A stretch of DNA of 63,253 nt, the filler included. It is 5 parts of 5 records of this genome, joined end to end, with 100 filler letters (N's around TTAATTAATTAA, not from the genome) between each part and the next. Parts side by side here need not be neighbours in the genome. Positions count along the whole stretch, not along the records: positions 1 to 15,231 come from SRR2962707_4584; positions 15,332 to 33,669 come from SRR2962707_4586; 3 more parts are not named here. One strand, 5' to 3'. This document shows positions 12,201 to 18,378 of the stretch, piece by piece. The position numbers and the translations under genes are program-made. Positions within the stretch are counted from its first letter, which is position 1. Each line of letters opens with the position of its first letter. The notes below the pieces were generated by a model, which worked only from the letters and a program-made list of their open reading frames with translations, made no database searches and was not told the DNA's origin.

Positions 12201-13657
12201 CAGTCTCAGATGGTGCTGATTATTCCGGCATGGTGCCAGAGTTTTCCATCGCAATCGCGAATCTCGACAATGATACTGCCGGCGTGTCCCTGAAGCTGCC
12301 GGGCTCTGACACCGACAGGTCTCGTAGACGTCTTGCCGATACTGACAGTGCCACTGACTTTTCGAACTTTGCTGCCGCAACTTGCTCCGAGACGAATGCC
12401 ACAAGCTATGGTTTTGAGTTGAAGTTGACAAGTCGGCCGTACGCTTCGGTGAGTTTCACCATTTCCGGACCCGAGGACCCAGATTCTGCAGACGCTGCTT
12501 TCCGTGTGATGCCTGCTCTGGCGAACAACTTGTCCGCAACCGTGGACCCTGACAACTGGGCTACGTGGCAAGCAGTAGAGTTATCGTGTCAGCAGGATAA
12601 CATTGCAACTGGTGACTTCTCGTTCTACGTTACATTCGGTGTCGAAAGTGATGACCCTGCATATGCCAACTATGCGGACGATGTTGGTCTTGAGCCCCCG
12701 GGACTGGCCGTTGCTGTCGAAGACGCAGACTCAGCTGGTGTTGCGGTGACTCTTGGCCAAACGGGAGAGGAGGACCGCCTGGAAACGAATACCACTGGCC
12801 GTTCCGATGTAATGCACCTGCGTCTCACGTCCATGCCCTTTGACGAAGTCACCATTGAGCTGCTTCCCAAAGCCCCGGGAGAAGGTGACTTGAGCGCGGA
12901 TGCGGTCGTCTTTGACTCCACGAATTGGAATGTTTCGCAGGACATTGTTGTGACTGGCACAGATGGCGGCATGGAGGTTGCGCAACTTTACGACATTGGC
13001 TTGACTGTTGTGGTTGCCAATGCACGTGCTGATGTTGCCTTCACCCGCGTCACTGTTCCAGCTGTGCGAGTGTTGAACCAGTACCCGAGCATCCAGGTCA
13101 ACGCAGGGTTCACATCGTTTCTGGATTTCGCCAACAGCCAGACTGGACTCTGGGTGTGGATTGCGATTGCCGTGGCACTGCTCATTCTGGTGCTGCTCAT
13201 CATCATTATTGTGGTCAACCGTCAAAAGCACAAGAAAGAGATCCAAAAAGAGCGTGAGGCAGCTGTTGCCGCCCGGGAATCGATGCTTGCTGGTGCGGAC
13301 AGTATCAACGACCAAATCAGTTGGAACGGCGATGACGGCATCGAGATGGGCAATGTTGACAGTATCCGAACGTACGAGAAGGAGTACGATGGCATCGTTC
13401 GCAAACTTCAACGAGAGGCTGCGCGGCTCAAGGAGACTAACGAGTCTCTATCGTCGCGCGCAAGGGTGCCCCCGCTTTCTCTGCACGGAGCAGAGAAGAG
13501 TTCAGATGTGATGCAACTGTTCAAGGTCATCCGTGAGCTGAAAGCTGCTAACTCAGATGTAGAAAGTCGTGCCGATGAGAGTGACTCGGCGAGGCTGCTC
13601 CACGACACGAGTCGCAAAAAGGCCAAAAAGGCAGTTTTCGGCCAGTCGCAGATTTGA
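254..13657 (+). CDS. Giant eukaryotic type I membrane adhesion/receptor-like protein (~4467 aa): signal peptide, LNR-like, Cys-rich modules, NIDO, sushi-like, ~31 Calx-beta-like repeats, TM, coiled-coil tail
   Basis: Uninterrupted ORF. First ATG (254) gives signal peptide MALHRRAFVGTATALLLVASVNA. LNR-like WVGDGYCD..YNVASCDWDGGDCC (353-475). NIDO motifs IAAFWADVD, LVATWHEVGYY, NSFQVVL, AQVGFDKGD (~929-1585). ~31 repeats of ~115-120 aa with L.SEP..V, FT..NW..PQ, GVDD...DG, S.D..Y.GL, N.DDD.AG (~1856-13085). TM LWVWIAIAVALLILVLLIIIIVV (13148-13216) followed by basic RQKHKK and a 146-aa tail. Confidence 0.85.
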   Translation: MALHRRAFVGTATALLLVASVNAYSSPTYSSSACRSVVGSSFRSSWVGDGYCDNPRYNVASCDWDGGDCCDDTCQNNDYTCGVAGFNCLNPAAGACPSTCEGSYTCDEYQAAGASQTCEFLESEFGCNCAGCDCIPPADPCVDFLGVDCSRYGEAGDFESNLLCFEPDASGLLPQMEACCVCKELSPSHDYLVPWTYTGMQQVSGPPSGVSQSSAMSYFETGYDYPSLDDACVLVDYSSTIFGLSYDDIWVCANGVLSFGEAELAYTPVPIPYSSFPMIAAFWADVDVRCGSGSSLNRIGGCGPNGGNAFGYAIVDTSDTSDPEGRVYSALVAQHIRALYNPDFAATSMLVATWHEVGYYSFQTNKLNSFQVVLVNDDVATGESFACLYFKDIEWSLGQVSGSTHAQVGFDKGDFTTYYAHPDSTTADIADIGSDGAPICYRVDTGEICGPGEVYIDVATGCVPQGCNINSANGAFTDPFLQPATSGGCEFDLSHGQSCALKCVQGRIADSGASMTTTCEAGVLLDPGPQCVSPGIAITPSELDLLEGGSAAQFYVQALTPVYNDPVWVHMTAGNAAAVSITDSSGSTVSTLEFTAENWNVPQAVLVSGVQNSQVAAQDVSTSITFAVASINTAYNSLDLPSVSVNIEDDDYAAIIVDTSGVLAVSETDSTVDACDRSNGATTTIKYALSSQPSGVVTLTFAIAGANAALGQICDTNRLVFTTSNWATPQSLVVAAQSTSIDEPEGLGFSVTGSVGTDDPNYSGLTVAAVSVGFNDNDVSGMSFAASGVRQVFEGGSDVNFALNLDSEPTSTVSFRITLNDTAHCALANAASDGSLTIDVAPALWASDVTFSVAAVDDDTIDPTVTCKLTVASVSSDGNYNGLTATALINKYETDVGGFAMATPSSGYLSVSEGGSSTLGASLTARPTAPVTVSGTVASWDSTVGGEPTVTSVVINPTAWASTNNKLVVSCPENLIHTSGSAGVVNATFFEIVVAISSADANFNALPTQTITAFCEDNDVAGITIATSEVTCGCEAYASGATATSTVLCSKLDAGVLTCVPPSSSTGLCEPDEGTCTASSAGFEGRSITNVFLAEGGDSRTFSLQLLSIPTDPVTLSCTSSDSGRVTVSVPAATLTPDSSSDLTSMVLFVEVSPVADAVDRPTEAFSISCGLTSADEHYNGISRVFIRGAVTDDDVAGITHSPLSAKTYESDTTADPATSTVISVVLDSQPTADVVISASLSSNAPASIVAGATLTFTAANYATPQTVELQGIDDDIAQAGPTAYSVTLDISSASDTVYNSQASISVAMQNLNDDAAGLAVGTSSELTSEDPASPFNPAEFTVALKSEPLSDVEVSCASSDTLIAVCSGTGSVTFTSGNWNTPQTLQVVGVDNDVASADASYSISLTTASSDSNYASLMSSFAMSNLNDDIAGVATTYSTALVTSEDPDTAGVSVCLALESEPTSTVVITASSSNTVEALVNGGGSAALSFGALNWDLAQCVDVSGVRDFIQDGTKSYQVLFSAAASDAAYDGIDVASLNFENLDIDVAGFAIVDTQIVDPVSSARRRLFSVDQSPRVTSEDGVALEIDVVLMSKPAASVVLCGASSDISEGTFPSADGACVTFNAATWNDSQPLTLTGVDDDTVDGPIVYNASIFVSDTTDANYNRLLPKIVSVTNLDNDVAAIDVSRSGFETSEAGASQVISISLTSRPTGSVSITSLSSDESEGVLDVVPLVIAAEDWNTVHELTVTGVADNIDDGDQSYSVSFTVSSTDSNYDGFGLESLSFVNTDDDTAEVLASVNGVQTYESGQGVVRASVSLATQPSADVTISAIVSDFSEGYVSPAQLQFNSTNYAQAQMLTVKGVKDFMVDGNIQYTLSLSSSSSSATEFAGLQDLEFALVNVDEDEAGLVISKTNAFVTEAGGTTSFTVELLSMPSSDVTITVASDDSTEGTVSSGSLLTFTSADWNVTQTVVVQGVDDDLVDGETSFSVLIAASSDDANYDGGNVDTSVTVYNDDDDFASLTFSLCADSTPVVSEGSATTACVEASLSSEPYFDVTVALSADATEAGLSPASLTFTASDWSTPQMALVSSVDDNFQDGSQTYCVDAATTSTDPAYDGLSLCISMTTTDDDLAAVIVSPANEYISIVEGGRGNFSLSLQSEPENGDVTISAAIAPASAAALDVAFFTFTSGNWNVPQHVFYTVSEDSTVSGFGELDFWIHFGSSGSVDPVYAALQNNSVEVVVLENDVAGVSASAASVHTSEVGTSTAVAVSLASVPTNDVTVTCFSTDTTEAVVAPTALVFSDMEPQDLTITGQDDFVMDGAQTYTIACSIGSADGFYDGLFSFNVTGTNSDDDVAGIDVTNTGTTTSEAGANRSFAVRLTSEPVDNVTITAVSSNTGEGDVALPDQLSFSRENWNTSQLFLVQGQDDCVVDGPVAYNATFSSSSQGDSIYDGLAAIVESMTNTDNDRMLIALEASSLRTSEAGACVDVTVSLSARLYGSATFSLTSSDFGEGGVVNGTGNVAQSALMVLDPADYSCAEGTLTFVACGVDDSLDDGDVSYSLTAECVAVADTRDSALVGMDAAVQMVNEDNDSSNVGLSSSSDEAVAVAGGLVTDENGSPSNGGNLFLFITSQPYSAVTATVSCNDTSEVVIKTASGSYGSTAVYTFPAGDGWDAKPQIFYQGVNDNLVDGAQPVLCTTTLSSDDVQYDGLAKVIVVSNLDNDVAGAIATASSAPLTTEAGGSFNVSVVLTAEPFSAVTISASVSDTNQATVSPSSIIVDPSAWNSPVVFTLTGVDNDIVDGTMPYSVSFSTASDDANFAGLAVTSINGETSDDDVGGFEAIAPNPALTGEPNIICCTSTSIEVKLTAEPQEDVVITACSPDLGGREGTVSLSPDSPGTQNVCVDLTFAQGDDWTVSQTVYVTGGNDDIDDDSQDYNIYFSSSSADLAFDSKSDTVGLVNVDDDVATVITWLPASAARVYEGNTSTYGYTIVLNSEPVDDVAIALASDNEAQITVAPASLIFTPSNWDQPQVVSVSSVDNDLDEGDIAASVVATVTSATDAKYNGIGVDDVSVLCVNDDVADIGVALASGSPSVTAEDGSTVTLDVWLTAEPTGTVSLAVAVSDATEAKVMPGSFFVTFTPSDYNVPQQVVVAGVADNMVDGSIYYDVDFSVDSGSFDHAGVAASATYSLSNSDIDVASLLVEAGGSSTVSETGTSTGFLFSLSSKPYNAVTVVAQVSNAQEILASASGRTAASVTISFTPEQWDMQKAIAFIGVDDDRADGPQAVAVSFTLQSEDSDYNGLSVTPVDLTNNDDDVASVDVEAPFSVGVVSESQAGVTFTLVLSSEPYEDVVVNASSTDASVGTVKGSGVFTFTAANWSEPQSVAVVATTTARADRVLDFQVQFEVTSDDDAYDGFEIDNIFFEKIDLTTVGIARSPSASTTYEDPSRDPATIVVSILSQPHADVVIAVASTDTAEGAISPSTLTFTGLNWQTAQVLTVSGVDDNVDDINVDYNITFVVSSTDPDYDGFSIASATFTNVNDDRAGVASEVIGAVVLYEATALNDLDYGSAPQPALCAVLETEPVSDVIATVTNSAPSQAQVGQESFSFTAANWMVQQCITVDPVDDFVADGDMPATITFNFTSADPNYDGVVSQSVSQVYQIVDNDHTGITTSTTNMQITEDETAIVTVALESEPVDTVTVYLTPYDTSEVDVQPAALIFTAADWDVPQEASVLAVHDFVDDGDVVSMVLVSSASADAGYAGLQLNVTIESIDIDVAGLQAVAPTSGFLDVSEEGTQEQFGIVLHSRPLSAVSLTLVTSDSTECVLTESNVVIEPDSWDSQSVVTVVGVDDLIFDQDQPCAVTIQAISSSDPIYNSLNVVDDELLQFTNIDDDVAGIVCVPLAHTTSEATLTPVRSVVTLTSQPLQPVSISYESSDTTEGIASGTIQLDETNWFIGQTVTIYPVDDDLADGRQTYTVDFDPAVSDGADYSGMVPEFSIAIANLDNDTAGVSLKLPGSDTDRSRRRLADTDSATDFSNFAAATCSETNATSYGFELKLTSRPYASVSFTISGPEDPDSADAAFRVMPALANNLSATVDPDNWATWQAVELSCQQDNIATGDFSFYVTFGVESDDPAYANYADDVGLEPPGLAVAVEDADSAGVAVTLGQTGEEDRLETNTTGRSDVMHLRLTSMPFDEVTIELLPKAPGEGDLSADAVVFDSTNWNVSQDIVVTGTDGGMEVAQLYDIGLTVVVANARADVAFTRVTVPAVRVLNQYPSIQVNAGFTSFLDFANSQTGLWVWIAIAVALLILVLLIIIIVVNRQKHKKEIQKEREAAVAARESMLAGADSINDQISWNGDDGIEMGNVDSIRTYEKEYDGIVRKLQREAARLKETNESLSSRARVPPLSLHGAEKSSDVMQLFKVIRELKAANSDVESRADESDSARLLHDTSRKKAKKAVFGQSQI

Positions 13658-14022
13658 GGCTAGGTGCTTTTGTTTTGTGCGTCGTAAAATTAACTGTAAG
13701 CACATACATTTAATGCGTTCCAGCCCCTTCACACATGGTTTGCTCCCGTGTCAAGCCACACGTAGCCCCGGGTACGCACACACGGCATGCTTGTGGTTGT
13801 GCATCGCATCGCATCACCCACGTACACACGAAAGGGAAGTCTGGAATACATGTACGCCTGTTGCGCCGTATCACTTGCGAGATCACCGCACAGCGAGGCG
13901 TATTTTTGAAAAGTATTTTCGCATTTTTATTTATTTAGGCGCAAAACACCAGGCATCGGTCCCACGGTGCATGTCCAATGTGGCTATCGGACGCAGCACA
14001 CGCAAGCGCAAGTACCGCGCTC

Positions 14023-15197
14023 TTATTGGCAGGTAGCGTTACACTCGGACTTCTGTGAATGGTTCAACACCAAGTCAAAAGTGCATGCAAGCGGGACATT
14101 TCAACCTCAACAGTCGCGACAACTGAATCAGAGCGAAATGGACACAAATGGACACTTTGACTCACCAGGCAGGCTGGAAGCGGGCACTTAAAGTCGTTTC
14201 CATCCGCGATGCAATGCTGGAGGTGATCGACCAACGTGCAAAGCGATTGGTCTTGAACACCTGCATCGAATTTATATGAAGAATTACACGCAGCAAGGCA
14301 CTTGTTGTTCCAAGGTTTTGGCAACCATGTTGTTGCACCGTTGTATTTTGCAAGGCAATTAAATGAGCACAACCGCGAACGCGTTCTGCGCACCGCTCAG
14401 TTGATTGCCTGAGACGTCCATAACGCGCAAGGACGTGAGCCCAGCAAGAGATTGTGGAATCTGGCCTTCCAGCTTGTTTGACGGCAGCCCCAGAAGCTGA
14501 AGGTTGGTCAGTTTGCCGTAGGAATCAGGAATGGTCCCTGAGAAAGCATTGTCGCGGAAGTTCATTCCCCAGATGGTCGACGGCATGGGGGGCAGGGGGC
14601 CAGTCACCTGGTTGCCAGAGACGTCCAATCCCCAGAGGAAGGTCTTTGCCACAGATGCGGGTAGTGGGCCGTGTACATTGTTGGACGGCACCTCGGTCTT
14701 GTTGATGCGAGTGCCATCGTCGGAGCAGGTCACGCCAAACCAAGTGCTTCGATCGACAACCGCACAGACACACACACCACACACGCACACACACACATTA
14801 AATACACACATACACGAACACAACACGAATTTATTGAGGAAAGAAGCATTGAGCGCCACGTCACAGCACCCATGCAACAGGATCACCCAGCCTGTGGGGC
14901 AGGAAAGCTCAGGAGAAAGCAGAAGCAAGCAAGCAATTACTACGCGTACCAATAACTCGTGGCGGTGTTCCAGTTGGTGTTGTTGGTCCACGAGCGGCCG
15001 CCGGCGTGGTCGTACAGCTCCGTCAGGAACGTGCAGTCTTCACGGTTGTTGCCAGTGAAGCGAAAGCACGGCGCGTTCTCAGCCACACCCACAGTCGGGC
15101 GGCGGTGCTCCTCCTTGACTAGGAGATCAGCGCTTGCTGCAGCAGCAGCCACTGCTGCTGCAACAGAGGAGGCAAAAAGCACGGTCGACAGCTTCAT
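14023..15197 (-). CDS. Secreted leucine-rich-repeat protein, 4 exons, ~241 aa
   Basis: Exons 15197-14950, 14746-14394, 14260-14166, 14052-14023 joined by phase-consistent GT-AG introns (donors GTACGC, GTGCGC, GTGAGT). Splicing rebuilds the LRRNT cap W....NW..ATSYCTWFGVTC, plant-type LRRs (LTNLQLLGLPSNKLEGQIPQSL) and a Cys C-cap (CIADGNDFKCPLPACLKSECNATCQ). N-terminal signal peptide. Confidence 0.8.
14763..14826. repeat. Degenerate (CA/TG)n microsatellite inside intron 1 of the LRR gene
   Basis: cacagacacacacaccacacacgcacacacacacattaaatacacacatacacgaacacaacac. Confidence 0.7.
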
Positions 15198-15206
15198 CGT
15201 TAAAGA

Positions 15207-15231
15207 GAAGAAGAAGAAGAAGAAGAAGAAG
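15207..15231. repeat. (GAA)n microsatellite at end of contig A
   Basis: Pure gaa run up to the N spacer, directly upstream of the LRR gene ATG on the minus strand; a likely cause of the assembly break. Confidence 0.85.
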
Positions 15232-15331
15232 NNNNNNNNNNNNNNNNNNNNNNNNNNNNNNNNNNNNNNNNNNNNTTAATTAATTAANNNNNNNNNNNNN
15301 NNNNNNNNNNNNNNNNNNNNNNNNNNNNNNN
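15232..15331. other. Artificial contig spacer
   Basis: 44 N + TTAATTAATTAA (stops in all six frames) + 44 N. Confidence 0.98.
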
Positions 15332-15332
15332 G

Positions 15333-17204
15333 AGCAAGATCCACTTCTGGGGATGGCAGATTATCATTCTTTCGGCAGCCATTACTTTACCTCTTGGATT
15401 AACCTCCGGTAAAGAATATGCTGAACTTGAATGGCCAATCGATATTGCCATTGCATTGATTTGGGTTGTTTTTGGTCTGAACATGTTCATGACCATCATC
15501 AAGAGACGGGAGCGACACCTCTATGTAGCCATCTGGTTCTACATCGCCACGTTTGTGACAGTAGCCATGCTACACATCGTGAACTCATTTGAGCTTCCTT
15601 TCGATTATTTCAAAAGTTATTCATGGTACGCAGGAGTGCAGGATGCATTGGTGCAGTGGTGGTATGGTCACAATGCTGTGGCATTCTTCCTTACCACACC
15701 TTACCTGGGTTTGATGTATTACTTCATTCCTAAAGCATCCGGAAGACCTATCTATTCGTACCGACTTTCGATTGTTCACTTCTGGGCATTGATCTTTATC
15801 TATATCTGGGCAGGACCTCACCACTTGCTATACAATGCACTTCCTGATTGGGCACAGTCTCTGGGTGTGGTATTCTCTGTGATGCTGATCGCACCTTCCT
15901 GGGGTGGTATGCTAAACGGTCTTTTGACATTGAGAGGTGCCTGGGACAAAGTGAGAGAAGATGCCATCCTGAAATTCATGGTAGTGGCAGTAACCTGTTA
16001 TGGTATGTCCACTTTCGAAGGACCGATGATGTCTTTGAAAAGTGTAAATGCAATTGCACACTTCACTGACTGGGTAGTAGGGCACGTGCACATTGGAGGT
16101 TTAGGCTGGAATGGCTTCCTCACTTTCGCGATGTTGTACTATCTGATCCCAAAACTTTACAATACCAAGCTTCACTCAGAGAAACTGGCGAATGTCCACT
16201 TCTGGATTGGCACCTTAGGTATTCTGTTCTATGCGATTCCATTGTACTGGGCCGGATTTACCCAGAGTTTGATGTGGAAACAATTCAATCCTGATGGAAC
16301 ATTGGTATACATCAACTTCCTTGAGACAGTAACACAGATCATCCCGATGTATGCATTAAGAGCTTTCGGTGGATTGCTTTACTTGTCAGGGGTATTTGTG
16401 ATGGTCTATAACCTGATCAAAACAGCTAAATCCGGCAGCTTCCAGCCAACCACAGAGGCACAGGCTGCACCATTGATGAAAGAATACAAGCCGGCATCTA
16501 CCGATCACTGGCATAGAAAAATTTTCGAATGGAAACCAGTTAGAATGCTGGTTTGGAGTTTGATTCTGGTGGCGATAGGTGGTGCGATTGAGATCATTCC
16601 AACCTTCCTGATCCAGTCAAATGTTCCAACCATTTCAACGGTGACTCCATATACACCTTTGGAATTGAACGGTCGAGATATTTATGTGAGAGAAGGTTGC
16701 TATACCTGTCACTCTCAAATGATCCGTCCATTCAGATCTGAGGTGATGAGATACGACCCGAATGATCTGGAATATTCAAAAGCCGGAGAATACGTGTATG
16801 ATCACCCATTCCAATGGGGATCCAAGCGTACCGGACCAGACCTTCACAGAGTAGGTGGTAAATACCCGGATAGCTGGCACTATTATCACATGCTGGAACC
16901 GACTAGTATGTCACCGGGATCTATCATGCCAAGGTACCCATGGCTCTTCGAGCAGACCTGGGACAAGGCAAGAACGCCAGCAAAAATTCGGGCAATGCAG
17001 ACACTTGGAGTTCCATATGCAGAAGGATACGATACCCAGGCTGTTGGAGAGGCGGAAACTCAGGCTGAATCGATTGCCACGGGACTGGAGACTGAAGGCA
17101 TTAAAGTCAGCAGCGACATGGAGATTGTTGCGTTGATTGCCTACTTACAACGATTAGGCACGGACATTAAGAAAGTAGAAGAAGTAGCACAATCAAATAA
17201 ATAG
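15333..17204 (+). CDS. ccoN: cbb3-type cytochrome c oxidase fused subunits I/II (CcoN-CcoO), 5' truncated
   Basis: Frame open from contig edge (SKIHFWGWQ...GKEYAELEWP). CcoN motifs QWWYGHNAV, WAGPHHL, HFTDWVVGHVH; CcoO part with GCYTCHSQMIRP and WGSKRTGPDL. The fusion is typical of Bacteroidota. Confidence 0.97.
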   Translation, partial: SKIHFWGWQIIILSAAITLPLGLTSGKEYAELEWPIDIAIALIWVVFGLNMFMTIIKRRERHLYVAIWFYIATFVTVAMLHIVNSFELPFDYFKSYSWYAGVQDALVQWWYGHNAVAFFLTTPYLGLMYYFIPKASGRPIYSYRLSIVHFWALIFIYIWAGPHHLLYNALPDWAQSLGVVFSVMLIAPSWGGMLNGLLTLRGAWDKVREDAILKFMVVAVTCYGMSTFEGPMMSLKSVNAIAHFTDWVVGHVHIGGLGWNGFLTFAMLYYLIPKLYNTKLHSEKLANVHFWIGTLGILFYAIPLYWAGFTQSLMWKQFNPDGTLVYINFLETVTQIIPMYALRAFGGLLYLSGVFVMVYNLIKTAKSGSFQPTTEAQAAPLMKEYKPASTDHWHRKIFEWKPVRMLVWSLILVAIGGAIEIIPTFLIQSNVPTISTVTPYTPLELNGRDIYVREGCYTCHSQMIRPFRSEVMRYDPNDLEYSKAGEYVYDHPFQWGSKRTGPDLHRVGGKYPDSWHYYHMLEPTSMSPGSIMPRYPWLFEQTWDKARTPAKIRAMQTLGVPYAEGYDTQAVGEAETQAESIATGLETEGIKVSSDMEIVALIAYLQRLGTDIKKVEEVAQSNK

Positions 17205-17208
17205 GGCC

Positions 17209-17400
17209 ATGCTGAAATTTATCAAACATCATATGGAGACGATAGCGGGAATAGAGATTTTCCCGATCATCTCCTTTATCATCTTCTTCACCTTCTTTGT
17301 GGCATTGACCATCTATGTGCTGAAGGTAGACAAGAAGATCTTCAATGAAATATCAAACATTCCATTTGACTCAAACGAAACCGACCATGAAGAAGCTTAA
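17209..17400 (+). CDS. ccoQ: cbb3 oxidase small subunit CcoQ/FixQ
   Basis: 63-aa single-TM protein (IFPIISFIIFFTFF...ISNIPF) between ccoNO and ccoP. Confidence 0.85.
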   Translation: MLKFIKHHMETIAGIEIFPIISFIIFFTFFVALTIYVLKVDKKIFNEISNIPFDSNETDHEEA

Positions 17401-18346
17401 ATATCTAATTATCACATTAATGTTTGCCTTACCGGGGATTTCCTTCGGTCAGGATGCAAGCACCGAAGTAAGTCTTTTTGAGCAGTACCAGGTGGAGATC
17501 GTGTTGGGTCTGGCGGTATTGGTTTGTCTGGTTGCTATCATGGCCATGTATGTCATGCTGGTCGCAATGAAGACCATTCTTAAATCAAGACAATCAGAGT
17601 TGGGTGTTGAGGTAGCTGAATCTGAATTTATCTCTGTGAAAGAAGGTGAAGAGGGAGTTGGGTTCTGGAGAAGATTCTGGAATCGCTTCAATGATTCTGT
17701 TCCTCTTGCACTAGAAGAACAAGTAGTAACTGACCATGAGTACGATGGAATTCGAGAGCTGGATAACCGACTACCACCTTGGTGGTTGTATGGGTTCTAT
17801 TTCACCATTGCTTTTGCAGCAGTGTATTTGTTTAGATTTTTCTTCCTGAATATGCCAACACAAGAGCAAGAATATCAGGCAGAGATGACAAAGGCACGTG
17901 AAGAAGTTAAGGTTTATCTGGCTTCATTGGATAATCTGATAGATGAAAGCTCAGTGACTTTAGCACTTGAAACTGCTGATTTAAATGCAGGTAAAGCCAT
18001 TTTTGATGCAAACTGTGCTGTGTGCCACGCTGCAGATGGAGGTGGAGGAGTTGGTCCAAACTTCACAGATAAATACTGGCTACATGGAGGTGACATTGCT
18101 TCCATTTTTAAGACAGTAAAATATGGAGTTCCTTCCAAAGGGATGATTTCCTGGGAGAGCCAATTGTCCCCTAAGAAAATGCAGCAAGTAGCAAGCTACA
18201 TTTATACCTTAGAGGGAACCACTCCAGTCAAACCAAAAGAGCCACAGGGTGAGCTTTTTGAGAGAGAGGCAGCAGCGGAGGAGAGCGCAGAAGATCCCAA
18301 TGCCGTAGATGACGAAGCGGATTTGGAAGAGGGAGAATGCTGTTGA
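17387..18346 (+). CDS. ccoP: cbb3 oxidase subunit III, mono-haem CcoP
   Basis: DHEYDGIRELDNRLPPWW N-terminal motif, a single CAVCH, GPNFTDKYWLHGG, KGMISW. ATG 17387 (MKKLKY) overlaps the ccoQ end. Confidence 0.93.
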   Translation: MKKLKYLIITLMFALPGISFGQDASTEVSLFEQYQVEIVLGLAVLVCLVAIMAMYVMLVAMKTILKSRQSELGVEVAESEFISVKEGEEGVGFWRRFWNRFNDSVPLALEEQVVTDHEYDGIRELDNRLPPWWLYGFYFTIAFAAVYLFRFFFLNMPTQEQEYQAEMTKAREEVKVYLASLDNLIDESSVTLALETADLNAGKAIFDANCAVCHAADGGGGVGPNFTDKYWLHGGDIASIFKTVKYGVPSKGMISWESQLSPKKMQQVASYIYTLEGTTPVKPKEPQGELFEREAAAEESAEDPNAVDDEADLEEGECC

Positions 18347-18378
18347 TAAGAGTTGGTTGGAGAGAATAGATAAAGGGA

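Noticed and set aside
1856-13085. Possible DNA-level tandem array or CRISPR-like periodicity
   Set aside because: The periodicity is protein-level (~350 nt) with strongly diverged nucleotides and no identical direct repeats with spacers.
2183-13411. Dozens of short antisense ORFs over the giant gene, including 12731-13411 (226 aa)
   Set aside because: Shadow frames of a repeat-rich gene with biased codons; no recognisable motifs.
14359-14991. 210-aa ORF with CVCVC tract read as a Cys-rich metal-binding protein
   Set aside because: The Cys/Val tract is a translated (TG)n microsatellite inside intron 1; only 14746-14394 of this frame is coding.
15276-15287. TTAATTAATTAA palindrome repeated four times in the window (possible CtrA/PacI-like site or repeat family)
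   Set aside because: Always centred in an identical 100-nt N spacer; it is an assembly-joining linker.
15333-17204. CcoN-CcoO fusion and mono-haem CcoP as novelties
   Set aside because: Both are well known in Bacteroidota.
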